Positions 50,235-63,153 of a stretch of 64,000 bases of DNA are shown piece by piece. Every line of letters starts with the position of its first letter. Positions within the stretch are counted from its first letter, which is position 1. Source of the stretch: Octopus sinensis (Eukaryota); assembly GCF_006345805.1 (NCBI RefSeq), contig NC_043010.1:48422001-48486000 (forward strand), read 5' to 3'. The translations under genes and the position numbers were made by a program. The notes beneath the pieces were generated by a model that was given only the letters and a program-made list of their open reading frames with translations, had not been told where the DNA came from and ran no database searches.

Positions 50235-50855
50235 TATATATATATATGTAATATATATATATATATTAACCAGTAAAAGTTACAATGTGACTTAAGGGCT
50301 GAGGGTTTTATGCATAGTTCTTATCAATCAGTTAATAGTAACAAAAAGATATCTACACTCATGCTCCGAGTTCTATTTATCCAGTTTGTACTATCAAACC
50401 AGTCCAAACTCACACACACACACACACACACTCATACATGTATGTAACATGGTATGCAAATTAGTAGCTGCTGGAATTGTTTACTAAGTAAACAGGTTGG
50501 CTGCTTGTTTCTCTGGGATTGGTCAAATTGATGTAGACAACTCTGATGAGAAGTCAATGAAGTACACAAATCAGATAAAACTCATCATCATTTAGCGTCC
50601 ACTTTCCATGCTGGCATGAGTTGGACGGTGCAACTGGGGTCTGGGAAGCCAGAAGGCTGCACCAGACCCAGTCTGATCTGGCAATGTTTCTACGGCTGGA
50701 TGCCCTTCCTAACGCCAACCACTCCATGAGTGTAGTGGGTGCTTTTTACGTGCCACCGGCATAGGTGCCAGACGGGGCTGGCAAACGGCCAAGTATTTTT
50801 TTTTTCCTGCAGAGAAATAGATAAATTTACCCTGTTTATTTATCTACTATATAGG

Positions 50856-50887
<32 letters not shown>

Positions 50888-50930
50888 TTATGGCTACTTA
50901 AATTTGCATATTTGTATTCCCTGTTTTCAG

Positions 50931-51233
50931 GAATTTGATCAGCTGTTGGGCCACATTGCTGGTGATGTTTTGATTTCTGCTGGCAGTGTTGCTTATACTG
51001 GTGCTTTCACAAATGATTACCGCCACGAGCTCATTACAATCTGGATTGAGAAATGTTCTGAAGTTGAAATTCCTATTTCAACTGATTTTTCACTGGTTAA
51101 TACACTCTCAAATTCTTACCAAATTCGTGAGTGGAACTCTGATGGGCTACCAAGAGATGAGGTCTCCATTGACAATGCAGTAATTGTTATCTACAGCCAG
51201 CGTTGGCCTTTAATGATTGATCCACAAGAACAA
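50931..51233 (+). CDS. DNAH6: DNAH6-like exon 11 (start of AAA5)
   Basis: tcag|GAA ... CAA|gtaatt; IREWNSDGLPRDEVSIDNAVIV...RWPLMIDPQEQ. Confidence 0.94.
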
Positions 51234-51620
51234 GTAATTATGAATATTTGAAATTTTGAACATTTACCTTAAAAATTGTATCAGTTTCATTGATTTTTCC
51301 TTGTATTGTTGTGATTTCATTTACTCTAACAATTTAAACTTAATCTTACTGTAACTTTAATAAACTTACTATAATATCCTTATAAGTCACATATATATGC
51401 ACACACACACACAGACATTATATATATATATTTGTGTGTGTATATATATATACACACACACACAAAAATTCTAATTTTATAAGCATAATCATAATTAGGG
51501 TTCAGCAAAAATTGCTTCACCACATACTGAAATTTAGAAATAGCAGTTAAATACTATTCCACTACCATAAGATCAAATACGTATATTAATTATCAGTGCT
51601 CTCAAATTCAAAATTGAGAT

Positions 51621-51704
51621 ACTATACTGAGAATGGGAATAAGTGAGTAGAAATATGATTTTACTTCTTTTTACATCTCTTTAACCCAGAAACGCGTATA
51701 TAGT
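51621..51704 (+). ncRNA. Minimal type I hammerhead-like motif
   Basis: actata-CTGAGAA-tggg...ccca-GAAA-cgcg-TA-tatagt; perfect stems I and II; G8A deviation. Confidence 0.6.
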
Positions 51705-51804
51705 TAATCAAAGCCAGGTGGATTCATTATTTTTTCCTCTTTACCTGCGTGAGTTGAGAGTATTGCTGTCTGGGAGATATCTTATGGTAGTGGAATAGTA
51801 TTTA

Positions 51805-51990
51805 ACTGTGCAAACGTCTCTCTTGCACACCACAACTGATGTTTCTTAGGTCCAACTTTTCTCTCAAGGTACTTACACTCTGTCGAGTATGAACACTGAC
51901 ATTACACATCCATCGGAGCATACTGGTTTCATTTCTTGCAAGCTTACACATATCCTCAGCAGTCATGGCCCATGTTTCACTGCCATGTAT
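51805..51990 (-). pseudogene. RTE ORF fragment, same lineage as the intact element
   Basis: HGSETWAMTAEDMCKLARNETSMLRWMCNVSVH...CGVQERRL versus HGNETWAVTAEDMRRLERNEASMIRWMCSVSVH. Confidence 0.85.
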
Positions 51991-52109
51991 ATTATTATAG
52001 ATATATAGACACACGCATAGATATATGTAAATACATATGCACATATATAGATCTTTATCATTACACCTCTTGTATCAAATTAATCCCCAAATGTATTTTG
52101 GATTTGTAG

Positions 52110-52295
52110 GCTAACATGTGGATTAAGAAAAAAGAAGCTAAATATAACCTTAGTGTAATAAAACCTTCTGATACCAATCTTATGAGAACTCTTGAAAATT
52201 GCATACGGATCGGTAGGCCTGTTTTACTGGAAGATGTTGGCGAGGTTTTAGAACCGTCCCTGGAGCCTATCCTGTGTAAACAAACTTATTACAAG
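52110..52295 (+). CDS. DNAH6: DNAH6-like exon 12 (AAA5)
   Basis: gtag|GCT ... AAG|gtaatt; ANMWIK...[28 protein letters not shown]. Confidence 0.94.
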
Positions 52296-53449
52296 GTAAT
52301 TTTAGTATACATGACTAATTTAACTCTTTAGCATTTGGATTATTCTACAAAATGTAATACTTATTTATTCACATAGTTTTGAATTAATCATTTGCTATCC
52401 TGTAGCATGGAGATTTCAAGGACGTGACTGTTTGTTTATTTTTAGAATGGTATTGTAGGCCAAGTGTGAGAGGTTAGATCTGGCTAGTTTGAACATAAAA
52501 CAAGTGGAATATTTATGCTGTATATATCTGTATCTGTGCTAGTGGAGTGCTAAGAGCACCATCCGAGTGTGGTCATTGCCAGAGCAGCCAACAGGTTTCT
52601 GTGCCGGTGGTACGTAAAAAGCACCATTCCCGCGTGACTGTTACCAACGTAGCCATACTGGCACTTGTGCCGGTGGCTTGTGAAAAAACATTCAGCGAGG
52701 TCATTGCCAGTACCGCTGGACTAGCTCCTGTGCAGGTGGCATGTGAAAAACACCATTTGAGCGTGGCTGTTGTCAGTACTGCTTGACTGGCCCTCGTACT
52801 GGTGGCACATAAAAGCACCCACTACAATCTCGGAGTGGTTGGCTTTTGGAAGGGCATCCAGCTGTAGAAACTCTGCCAGATCAGATTGGAGCCTGGTGCA
52901 GCCATCTGGCTCACCAGTCCTCAGTCAAACCATCCAACCCATGCTAGCATGGAAAGTGGACGTTAAACGATGATGGCCTGTTTAAATGCTAAATGGTTAA
53001 ATGTTATATATTTTAGTATGTGTCTTACGTACAAAATGTCTATACTGATAGCTAAAAGTATTTTCCGTGTTTTAGTTGAGTAGTCAACTGTTAGCTCTGT
53101 TTAAGCAAACATGTGTCAGAGAAGTAACTAATGAGACATCTAACAATAATCCATTAAGCCCAGGCATGGCTGTGTGGTAAGTTTGCTTCCCAACCATGTA
53201 ATTTTGGGTTCAGTCCTATTGCATGACATCTTAGGCAACTATCTTCTACTATAGCCCTGGGATGACCAAAGCCTTATGAAATAAGTAAAAAATAAAGGAC
53301 CAGGAACACTTAAGAATATTATGGTTCAGTACTTTTGAATACTTTATGTAATTGTTGTTTAGTTACACAGCCGTCATTGAACAGTTCTAGTATAAATTGA
53401 CAAACATAACATTTGATGGAATAATCTGATTACTAAAGATTAAGATTAC

Positions 53450-55505
53450 TAATCCTTTTTGCTAGGGACACATGGCCTCAAATTTTGGCAGAGTGGGCTA
53501 GTTGATTACATCACCCCTTATAGTTAACTGGTGCTTATTTTATCTGCCCCCAAAGAATGAAAGGTGGAATTTGAACTCAGGCAAATGAAATACAACCAAG
53601 CATTTTGCCTGGTATGCTATCAATTCTACCAGCTTACCATCTTAGAGGTTAAGATTAAGAATGGTTTCAAAAATTTTGGCACAAGGCCAGCATGTTCAAG
53701 GCAAGGGGATAATCAATTATATCAACCCCCAGTGCTCAACTTGTACATATTTTATTGACCCTGAAAGAATGAAAGGCAAAGTTGACCCTGGTGGCATTTG
53801 AACTCAGAATGTAAAGACTGACAAAATGCCACTAAGCATTTTACCTGGCACAGTAACAATTCTGCCGGCTCAATGCCTTTAAATAAATACCAGCATAAGG
53901 CCAGTAGTTTTGGGGAAAGGGCTAAGTCAATTACAGTGACCCCAGTGCTCAACTGGTCCTTATTTTATTGACTCTGAAAAAGGAAGGGCAAAGTCAACCT
54001 CTGTGGAATTTGAACTCAAAACATAAAGACGGATGAACTGCTGCTAAGCAGTGTGCTAACAATTCTGCCAGCTCCCTGCCTTAAACAGAACTAGATCAAC
54101 TAGGATCATTACAGGTTATCAAAAATACAGTGTAATTGTTGTGTCTGGGGAGAGTCATTTTCTTTTTGTGCCTTATAATTTAACACACTCACCGCAACGA
54201 AAATTTTAAGAAAATAAAAATAAGAAATAAGTGAAAATTTTACCGGTGAGTACGTTAAATTATAAGACACAAAAAGAAAATGACTCTCTCCAGACACAAC
54301 AGAATATGCTTCAACACATGAACTCACATAAAGAATCTTGCAAACCAAATCCAAAAACTAAGTGTAATTGTTATTACCCATTCATTTATTATAATCTTTT
54401 TCTTAGTTACATCTGTTACAATTTGAAGGTTTTGAAATTGACTAATCCCTTTAATATTGATTTCAAATTTTGGCACAAGATCAGCAATTTAGCAGAATGG
54501 GGCAGGTTAATTACATCAACCCCCCACTGCTCAATGGATGCTTATTTTATCAACCTGGAAAGGATAAAAGGCAAAGTTGACCCTGTTAGAATTTGAACTC
54601 AGACAGATGAAATGTTGCTAAATATTTGCCCCAGAATGCTGAGGATTTTACCACCTTAGAGATTAAGATTAATAATCCTTCTTACTATAGGCACAAGGCC
54701 TAAAATTTTGGGGGAGGGGGAAAGTCGGTCACATCAGCCTCAGACTAGTCCTTAATTTATCAACCTCGAAAGGATGAAAGGTGAAGTCGACCTCAGCGGA
54801 ATTTGAACTCAGAACATAAAGATGGATGAAATACTACTAAGCATTTTGGCCAGTATGCTAACTATTCTGCCAGCTTGCTGCCTGAGATTAAGATTGATAA
54901 TACAAACAGAATTAGGTCAGCTATGATCACTACTAAATGTTGATCAATAATATATTGGAATTGTTACACTCCATAACTTGGTTTTAATTCTTTTTCTTAG
55001 TTATTCTTGTTATAATTGGAGGATTTGAAAATTGATTAATCTTTTTAATAGTGGTTCCACATTTTGGCACAAAACCAGTAATCTCAAGGGAGGGGATACG
55101 TTGATTACATCGACCCTAGTGCTCAACTAGTATTTATTTTATTTATTAATAGAGCGGTGAGCTGGCAGAGTCGCTAGCAAGCCGGGCGAAATGCTTAGTA
55201 GTATTTCGTCTGCTGCTATTTTCTGAGTTCAAATTCCACTGAGGTCGATTTTGCCTTTCATCCTTTCGGGGTCGATTAAAAAAGTACCAGTTACGCACTG
55301 GGCTTGATATAATCGACTTAATCCCTTTGTCTGTCCTTGTTTAGCCCCTTGTGGGTAGTAAAGAAATAGGTATATATTTTATTAACCACGAAAGGATGAA
55401 AGGCGAAGCCGACCTTGGAAAAATTTGAACTCAGAATGTAAAGATGGATGTAATGCCTTCAAGCATTTTGCTACGTCTGCTAACGATTCTACCAGCTCCC
55501 TGCCC
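53450..55505. mobile_element. Dense array of the third SINE-like family, mostly minus strand, one plus-strand copy nested at about 55152-55370
   Basis: Repeated GAAAGGATGAAAGGCAAAGTCGACCTCGGCGGAATTTGAACTCAGAA-like motif. Confidence 0.75.
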
Positions 55506-56115
55506 TAATTAATTTCTTTAATATTAGGAGCTCTAGATAAAGCTTTTCTTCAAATAAATGATATAAGATTCTGGCTTCTTTCTCTTTCTCTAACATTCCA
55601 ATGAGATATTTAGAACAGCACAAAGCATTCTGCTGTACGTGTCATTTAGAGTTTTCTTCATGGGAGTTGAAAGTATGGAGCTATGTTAGCGAGCTATTAA
55701 CTAAAACTGATTTGATTACATGGCAACACTTAAGATGCCACTGAAAAGGATGAAAAAAAGTTCCAATTGGTATAAAAAGCTCCAATTACCATTCAGTCTG
55801 TGGAATAGAGGTCACAGTAAGAAAGTAGTTAAACTGTATCTCATATGTTTAATATGTTTAAGTCACATGTATCGTTATCTTCAAGAGGATTGTCAAAGAG
55901 TTAAATGTTCATATTGGTGTCAGACTTTTGTAGTAATTAGAGGTAAAAAAAAAAAAAAGGAATGAAACCTAAAGTGTGTTTGATTAAGTGTTAGACTGAA
56001 GAAACCTGTTAGGATTTCCTTGATGGGTCAATTTTAGAAGTTTTATTTTAATTGTGATGATCTAAGTATAAAAGAATTCTCCACTGTACAGATTCTATCC
56101 AAATTCATAGCATCT

Positions 56116-56495
56116 TCATTGTTCGACCGTGGTCGAGACAATGGAATTTACTATGCTACGCCAGGCTTCACGGTCCATCATAGCATTACGGAGGTCCTGT
56201 TGCTGGATGCCTGTATCCCTGGAGATTACATCAGGGTAGGAGAGTGTGTGCCCTCTGGTATCGTGAGCAGATGGCTTCCAGAGGAAAAAAGTAGAAATTA
56301 CCTTGTTTTCAGCTCTACAACAATGTCCAGCAAACTGGACTCTTCTACCTTTCACAAGAGATGATACAGGTGGTAGTTTTCCATATATTTGTATTTTGGT
56401 TGGATGACGTTTCCATGAGAGATTTTGAGCTCTCATAAGGAGGCGAGTGTAGGTTCCATCCAACTGCCTCTCAAGCTTCTTTGATAACGTCCAAG
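56116..56495 (-). pseudogene. 3' fragment of a second RTE-like LINE family (related relic at 48057-48345)
   Basis: DGTYTRLLMRAQNLSW...RRVQFAGHC...DREAWR, RTE-type C-terminal region. Confidence 0.75.
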
Positions 56496-56599
56496 TTCAT
56501 AAGATATGTACGTTTTATGTGTTTGTGTGTCTGTGTGTGTATGCATGTATATGATGGACTCTCTTGTCGATTTTGAAGTATGTGGATCTGACAACCCAC

Positions 56600-56780
56600 T
56601 CTTTCTTTGTCAGTCACAATGCTTATGTTGAATGTGACATTTGAGTCCTGCCAATGATTTCAAAAGAAGCCCACAGATGTTGCAAGTATGAGAATTATGG
56701 CTCAGTGCAGGCAGTGTATTTGCAGCCACTTTTCTCCTTTGCCTTGCACACCTAAGCCTGTTAATGCTGGTTGCAACAAA
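56600..56780 (-). pseudogene. LINE C-terminal C2H2 zinc-finger relic
   Basis: HTCNICGLLLKSLAGLKCHIQHKH, as at the C-terminus of some RTE-type ORFs. Confidence 0.55.
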
Positions 56781-56885
56781 GTTTCTAATAACATTTTGAA
56801 TGACAAATTCCATTTTGTCATTTTCTTCGCTCATACACCCACACATACATGTATATATATGTCTCTATATATGGGTGTGTGTGTG

Positions 56886-56924
<39 letters not shown>

Positions 56925-56964
56925 AGATATGCACACACACTTTACTATATTCAAGTTAAGAGTA

Positions 56965-57001
<37 letters not shown>

Positions 57002-57238
57002 GTATAGAGAGAGAGAGAGAGAGACATTATTGTGTTCAAGTTCAGTAAATATATATATACAGGCATAGGAGTGGCTGTGTGATAAGTAGATTGCTTACAA
57101 ACCACATGGTTCCGGGTTCAGTCCCACTGCGTGGCACCCTGGGCAAGTGTCTTCTACTATAGCCTCTGGCCAATAAAAGCCTTGTGAGTGTATTTGGTAG
57201 ACAGAAACTGATAGAAGCCTGTTGTATATATGTGTATG

Positions 57239-57271
<33 letters not shown>

Positions 57272-57740
57272 GTGTGTGTATATGTTTGTGGGTCTGTGAT
57301 TGTTCCCCCAACATTGCTTGACAACCAATGCTGGTGTGTTTACATCCCCGTAACTAAGTGGTTCGGCAAAAGAGACTGATAGAATAAGTACTAGGCTTAC
57401 AAAGAATAAGTCTTGGGGTTGATTTGCTCGACTAAAAGGCGGTGCTCCAGCATGGCCACAGTCAAATGACTGAAACAAGTAAAAGAGTATATATGTATTT
57501 ATGCACACACATCATTATCATCATCATTTAACACCCTTTTTCCATGCTGACATGAGTTGGACGATGTGACAAAGAACATATGAGCCAGAAGGCTCTGCCA
57601 GGCTCTGCATCTGCTTTGGCATGGCTTCTACAGCTGGGTGCGCTTCCTAGCACTGACCTTTTAACAGAATGTAGTGGCTACATTTTACATGACACCAGAG
57701 AGTGAGAGGCGGAAAGATTGAGAGAGAGAGAGAGAGAGAG

Positions 57741-57791
<51 letters not shown>

Positions 57792-57970
57792 AGAAAGAAA
57801 GAAAGAGAGACAGAATTTGTATGTTTAGGTGAAGGCATGTAAAAACTTTCTGATAATATTTATTGGGAAGAAAATTCGTTTATGTAAATTGTGAGAACTA
57901 AATAAATAAATTTTCTACAATAAAAATGTTTTTGCCAAACTCTTCTTCATTGCTAAATAATTTTCTTCAG

Positions 57971-58143
57971 TCTGGTCGTCAGATGATACGTCTTGGAGAC
58001 ACTGAACTTGAATATAGTCAAGAATTTAAACTATTCATGACAACGAAACTACCCAATCCTCATTATCTTCCTGAAATTTGTATTAAAGTTACAATTGTTA
58101 ACTTCACTGTCACACGGACAGGGCTTGGAGACCAAGTTCTTAG
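57971..58143 (+). CDS. DNAH6: DNAH6-like exon 13 (AAA5)
   Basis: tcag|TCT ... AG|gtaaga; IRLGD...FKLFMTTKLPNPHYLPEICIKVTIVNFTVT. Confidence 0.94.
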
Positions 58144-58957
58144 GTAAGAATTTTTGCACCTTTTTTTTTTCTGTTGTTGATCAGTTTTTTTTTTCCCGAT
58201 GGCCAAATATAACCTCCTCCTTCTCTTCATCATCGTTGTCATCCTCATCATCATCATCATCATGTAAGTATTTCTACTTCTCAGTTATTTTTATTCTCCT
58301 TCTCCTGCTCCTTCTTGCCACCACCACCTTACCTCACCACTGCTGCTGCTGCCGTGCCACCACCACCACCACCACCACCACCACCATCAACACCATTTTT
58401 CATCTGCTTTTGTATGCTGGGTTGGGTTGGGTATGTTATGTTTTGATTCAGTCCTTATTCAGAGTTACTGCCCTCTAAAAAGGGTTTGGGACCCGTTACA
58501 GTCACACCAAAAGTGGCATGAGTGCAATGGCTAGATGCTCTTACAACATTCTATTTATTGTGGCACCAGCATCAGAGAGGTTGTCTTAACCTTGGTAAGA
58601 CTAAAGACTCTTCTCTAGCCTACTTTGTCTCTCTTCATTTGTGAACCACTTCACAGAGTATATTAGGTGCAGTTTATTATGGCACCAGTGCTGGAGAGGT
58701 TACTTTGTCTTTGACAAGACTAAAGAGTCCATTCTATCCTACATTGTCTCTGTTTTTTGTTCATCAGTACTAGAAGCTTGTTTTGTCCCCAATTGCTGGA
58801 AGCGATAGCAATGAAATAAGATACATTGCTTTGTGGTACCTCAGTGAACTTAGGAGACAGTTGCCTTAATGGTATGTGCATCAAGTATCTCATGGGGGCT
58901 CAGAACATCTCATTGAATGCGCACAAGACCAAACAGTGGATTTGAATATTGAGTCAT

Positions 58958-59565
58958 CCCATAAATAATGTGTTTTTCAATTGCATGAACTAAAAGTCAA
59001 AGAGAGATGGGATAAACTACCTGCATCAACTTGCTATAAAAGCAAGTAGTAATTTTACCTTGTACTTATTCTTTGTGCAAGTTTTGAAGAGTGCTGTTTG
59101 ATTTTAACAGTTATTTTTTCAAAGCTATTATGGAAGTGACAAAGGAGCATATTTGGCTTATTTTGCTTTATGAGTTCAATAAAAGCAAAAATGCAACAGA
59201 AAGTGTGAGAAATATTAATGCAGTCTTTTGGGATTGGACAATAAGCATAAGCTAGTATCAACAGAGGTTCCAGATATTCTGAGCTGGAAACCACAGCCTA
59301 GAAGACAAGCCTTGTACTTGAAGATCTGTAGAGCTCAACAAGGACATCCTGCAAACCCTGGTGGAACAAAATCTCATCATAACTGTTGAGGAATTTGCAA
59401 AGAAGCTTGGATTTGGTCATTCAACCATTCATCGACATCTGCGTGCCATTGAGAAAGTCAGTAGTTTGTGTCATTGAGTTCCTCACAAACTTTCTGAGTC
59501 TAATCACGCACAGAGAGCGAATGTGTGCTCTTCTTTGCTGTTATGTCTCACAAATGAACCTTTTT
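58958..59565 (+). mobile_element. Mariner relic: 5' end plus disrupted N-terminal transposase
   Basis: ATG at 59130: MEVTKEHIWLILLYEFNK...LEDKP...EEFAKKLGFGHSTIHRHLRAIEK...VPHKLSE with stops and frameshift (HTH plus degenerate WVPHEL motif). Confidence 0.8.
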
Positions 59566-60956
59566 TGTCCTACCATCTTGGAAAGTGGGATAGAATGAAT
59601 AACGGAGACTGAAATAGACTGTCTAAGACTTGGATGATAATGGTTGGAAGTTCTTTGGTCTTAGGATTCAGTTCAGTGACAGTGAGGGACAGGAACATTA
59701 TTTACTTCATTTCAGGGGAATTATTTTTTCATAACAGTACAAACAAATCAAACAAATTATAACTTAAAAATTAATTGATTGTTTAATTCTTTAACAAACA
59801 TCATCATCATCATCATCGTTTAACGTCCGTTCTCCATGCTAGCATGGGTTGGACGGTTCGACCGGGGATCTGGGAAGCCAGAAGGCTGCACCAGGCTCCA
59901 GTCTTATCTGGCAATGTTTCTACAGCTGGATGCCCTTCCTAACGCCAACCACTCCGTGAGTGTAGTGGGTGCTTTTTACGTGCCACCTGCACAGGTGCCA
60001 GGCGAGGCTGGCAACGGCCACGGTCGGATTGGTGTATTTTATGTGCCACCGGCACGGAAGCCAGGCGAGGCGGCGCTGGCATCAGCCACGAGTTGGATAG
60101 TGCTTTTTACATACCACCAGACCAGGGATCCTGGCTGGTTCAATTCGATTTCGATTTTGCTTGCCCCAACATGTCTTCGCAAGCAAAGGGGGTTGGCATG
60201 GGTGCCAGTCGTACGGTCGGATTGGTGTATTTTACGTGCCACCAGCACGGAAGCCAGTGGAGGCGGCACTGGCATCGGCCACGAGTCGGATAGTGCTTTT
60301 TACGTACCACCAGACCAGGGATCCTGACTGGTTCAATTCGATTTCGATTTCGCTTTCGCTTGCCCCACTCAAATGGTTCCTGGTGACTGCTGGATTAAAC
60401 TTCTTTTCTTTGAAGTTCATATATCTAAATGATTTGGTTATAAAGTCAATTAAAAAATAAGATTGTTTTGAATTTACATCATTTTGCTGTCTAGACTAAA
60501 CATACCATTAATATTTTATTAACGATATATTCTGTTAATATATTATACTGTATTGCAATCTATATCTGTTGCTCTTTGATCTTTGATCTCTTCACACAGG
60601 TTACAACTATCTGTTGTTTCTCATTTAGATAGTAAATTATGAAGATAATGATAACAGACTTTTTTTTTTACAAATTCTGTCCTTCAAGTATTAATTAATT
60701 CCTTCACTTTTTTTGATATCCAAGAGCTTTTAACAAATGATATTATTATTTTTTCATATATTTTTACATTATATTTTTTCATTCAGTTTTTTTTTGTTTC
60801 AGGCATGGTTGTGTAGTAAGAAGTTTACTTTACAACCACATAATTCTGGGATCAGTCCCACAGCATAGCATCTTGGGCTAGTTAGTGCCTTCTATTATAG
60901 CTCTTTGGCTGACCCAAGACTTGTGAGTAGATTTAGAGACAAAACTGGAAGAAGCC

Positions 60957-61037
<81 letters not shown>

Positions 61038-61186
61038 TACACACATACATACATACATACATACATACATACATACATACATACATACATACATACATAG
61101 GAGAGTTCACGAAAAAACAAAAGACGAAGACATTTCGTGTAGAAAACAAATAGATGTATTAGTATAACACTCAGGAATAGAAAAAG

Positions 61187-61224
61187 TCTTTTACGTTTCA
61201 AGCCTATGCTCTTCTACAGAAAGA
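61187..61224 (-). ncRNA. Variant minimal hammerhead-like motif (flank family also at about 9750-9838)
   Basis: Minus strand tcttt-CTGTAGA-agagc(atag)gctt-GAAA-cg-TA-aaaga. Confidence 0.5.
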
Positions 61225-61344
61225 GACACAGAAAAACAAAAAAAAGGAGAGAAACTAGGAGAGAAAAAAAATGTGTGTAGTGGCTACATACATACATATG
61301 TACATACATACATATGTACATACATACATATGTACATACATACA

Positions 61345-61376
<32 letters not shown>

Positions 61377-61696
61377 CACACACACACACACACACACATA
61401 CATACATACATACATACATGCATACATGCATGCATACATATGATAGCTGTCAATTCAAGCAAAATTTTAGGTCCAATAAGGCTTGCAAAACACTTCATAG
61501 ACCCTCTCTTTTCTGTTGAGACAATCTGAGGCACAAAGATAGTGTGTCAATAGCCAGCTGGAGGAGGTGTCCTCCTGGGGTTAGAAGCTACAGTAGCATC
61601 CACCCTTAAGGGTTAGCACATTTAAGTGGCAAATATACTTCACGATATATATAAATATTTATTTATAAATTTATATTGAATCTTGAATTTTTCCAG

Positions 61697-61877
61697 CGAA
61701 GTAGTTCAATTGGAGAAACCACAACTTGAAGAACAGCGCAACCAATTAATCACCCATATAAACCGAGACAAAATTCAGCTGAAGTCCATTGAAGAACGAA
61801 TCCTCCAATTGTTATTCCATTCAAAGGGTAACATTCTTGACAATGAGGACCTTATTAACACACTAAATGAATCCAAG
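61697..61877 (+). CDS. DNAH6: DNAH6-like exon 14 (AAA5 and buttress); gene continues beyond window
   Basis: ccag|C ... AAG|gtaaat; [14 protein letters not shown]...[19 protein letters not shown]. Confidence 0.93.
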
Positions 61878-62631
61878 GTAAATATAAAAGATTGGCTTCT
61901 AAATGTAATCTCTCATTGTCTTAAGATCACATTTGCAATGTATTATCTTCTTGTTATAAACTAAGTGGCATGGTTGTATGGTAAGAAGCTTGCTTTCCAA
62001 CTACAAGTTTCTGGGTTCAGTCCTACTGTAGCACCTAAGGCAAGTGTCATCTGCTATAGCCTTGGACCAGCCAAAGCCTTGTGAGTGGATCTGGTAGATG
62101 TAAACTGAAAGAAGCCCGTTGTAAATGTGTGTGTGTGTGTGTGTGTGTTTGCCCCCCACACACACATTTGACAACCGGTGTTGGTGTGTTTACATCCCCA
62201 TAACTTAGCAGTTTGGCAAAAGAGATAGATAGAAAAAGTACCAAGCCTAACAAAAAGAAAAATGTTTTTTGGTTGACTAAAAGTTCTTCAGAGTGGTGCC
62301 CCAGCATAGCCACAATCTCATGACTGAAACAAGCAAAAAATAAAAAGATAGACGATAAACTCTTTTTTTAAAAGTTATAATTTGATGTGCACTATTTCTG
62401 TTTAATGGTTAGTCCACATTACTCTATAAGGAACACAAGACTGATTCCCTGGTTTCTCTGGCATATGTATTCTTCCCTTGATGGGACACTGGACTGAAGC
62501 AGGATTACTCATTTTTACTAGTTGAGTGGCCTAGAGCTACATGTAGTGAAATATTTTGCTCAAGAATATAATGCATCGCCTGGTGCAGGAGTTGAAACCA
62601 CAATCTTACAATCTGGACTCTAAACTCTGCT

Positions 62632-63153
62632 TGTGAAGACCTGTTGAGGTAAGTGAAGTTGAAATCAAAATCAAACTTGATGACTGGCATCTGTGCTAGT
62701 GGAGCGCTAAGAGCACCATCTGAGTGTGATCATTGCCAGAACAGCTAACTGGCTTCCATGCCCGTGGCACGTAAAAAGCACCATTCAAGCATGATCGTTA
62801 CCAGCATTGCTTTAGTGGTACTTGTGCCAGTGGCACGTGAAAAAAATATTCGAGCGAGGTCGTTGCAAGTGCTGCTGGACTGGCTCCTGTGCAGGTGGCA
62901 CATAAAAGACACCATTTGAGTGTGGCTGTTGCCAGTACCACCTGATTGGCCCTTGTGCCGGTGGCACGTAAAAGCACCCACTACACTCTTGGAGTGGTTG
63001 GCGTTAGGAAGGGCATCCAGCTGTAGAAACTCTGCCAGATCAGACTCGAGCTTGGTGCAGCCATCTGGTTCGCCAGTCCTCAGTCAAATTGTCCAACACA
63101 TGCTAGCATGGAAAGCGGATGTTAAACGATGATGATGATGATGATGATGATGA
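62632..63153 (+). mobile_element. Non-coding element ending in the RTE 3' end with (GAT)n tail; relatives at about 13048-13197, 19765-20010, 24655-24928, 27305-27796, 52533-52975 (+) and 46910-47160, 50582-50790, 59799-60356 (-)
   Basis: Terminal about 150 bp (GGAGTGGTTGGCGTTAGGAAGGGCATCCAG...CCAACCCATGCTAGCATGGAAAGCGGACGTTAAACGATGATG) matches the 3' UTR of the intact RTE at 35924-36120. Confidence 0.85.

Noticed and set aside
1842-61877. Missing or extra dynein exons, or pseudogenisation
   Set aside because: All 14 exons have GT-AG ends and compatible phases and give a continuous stop-free reading colinear with DNAH6 as I recall it
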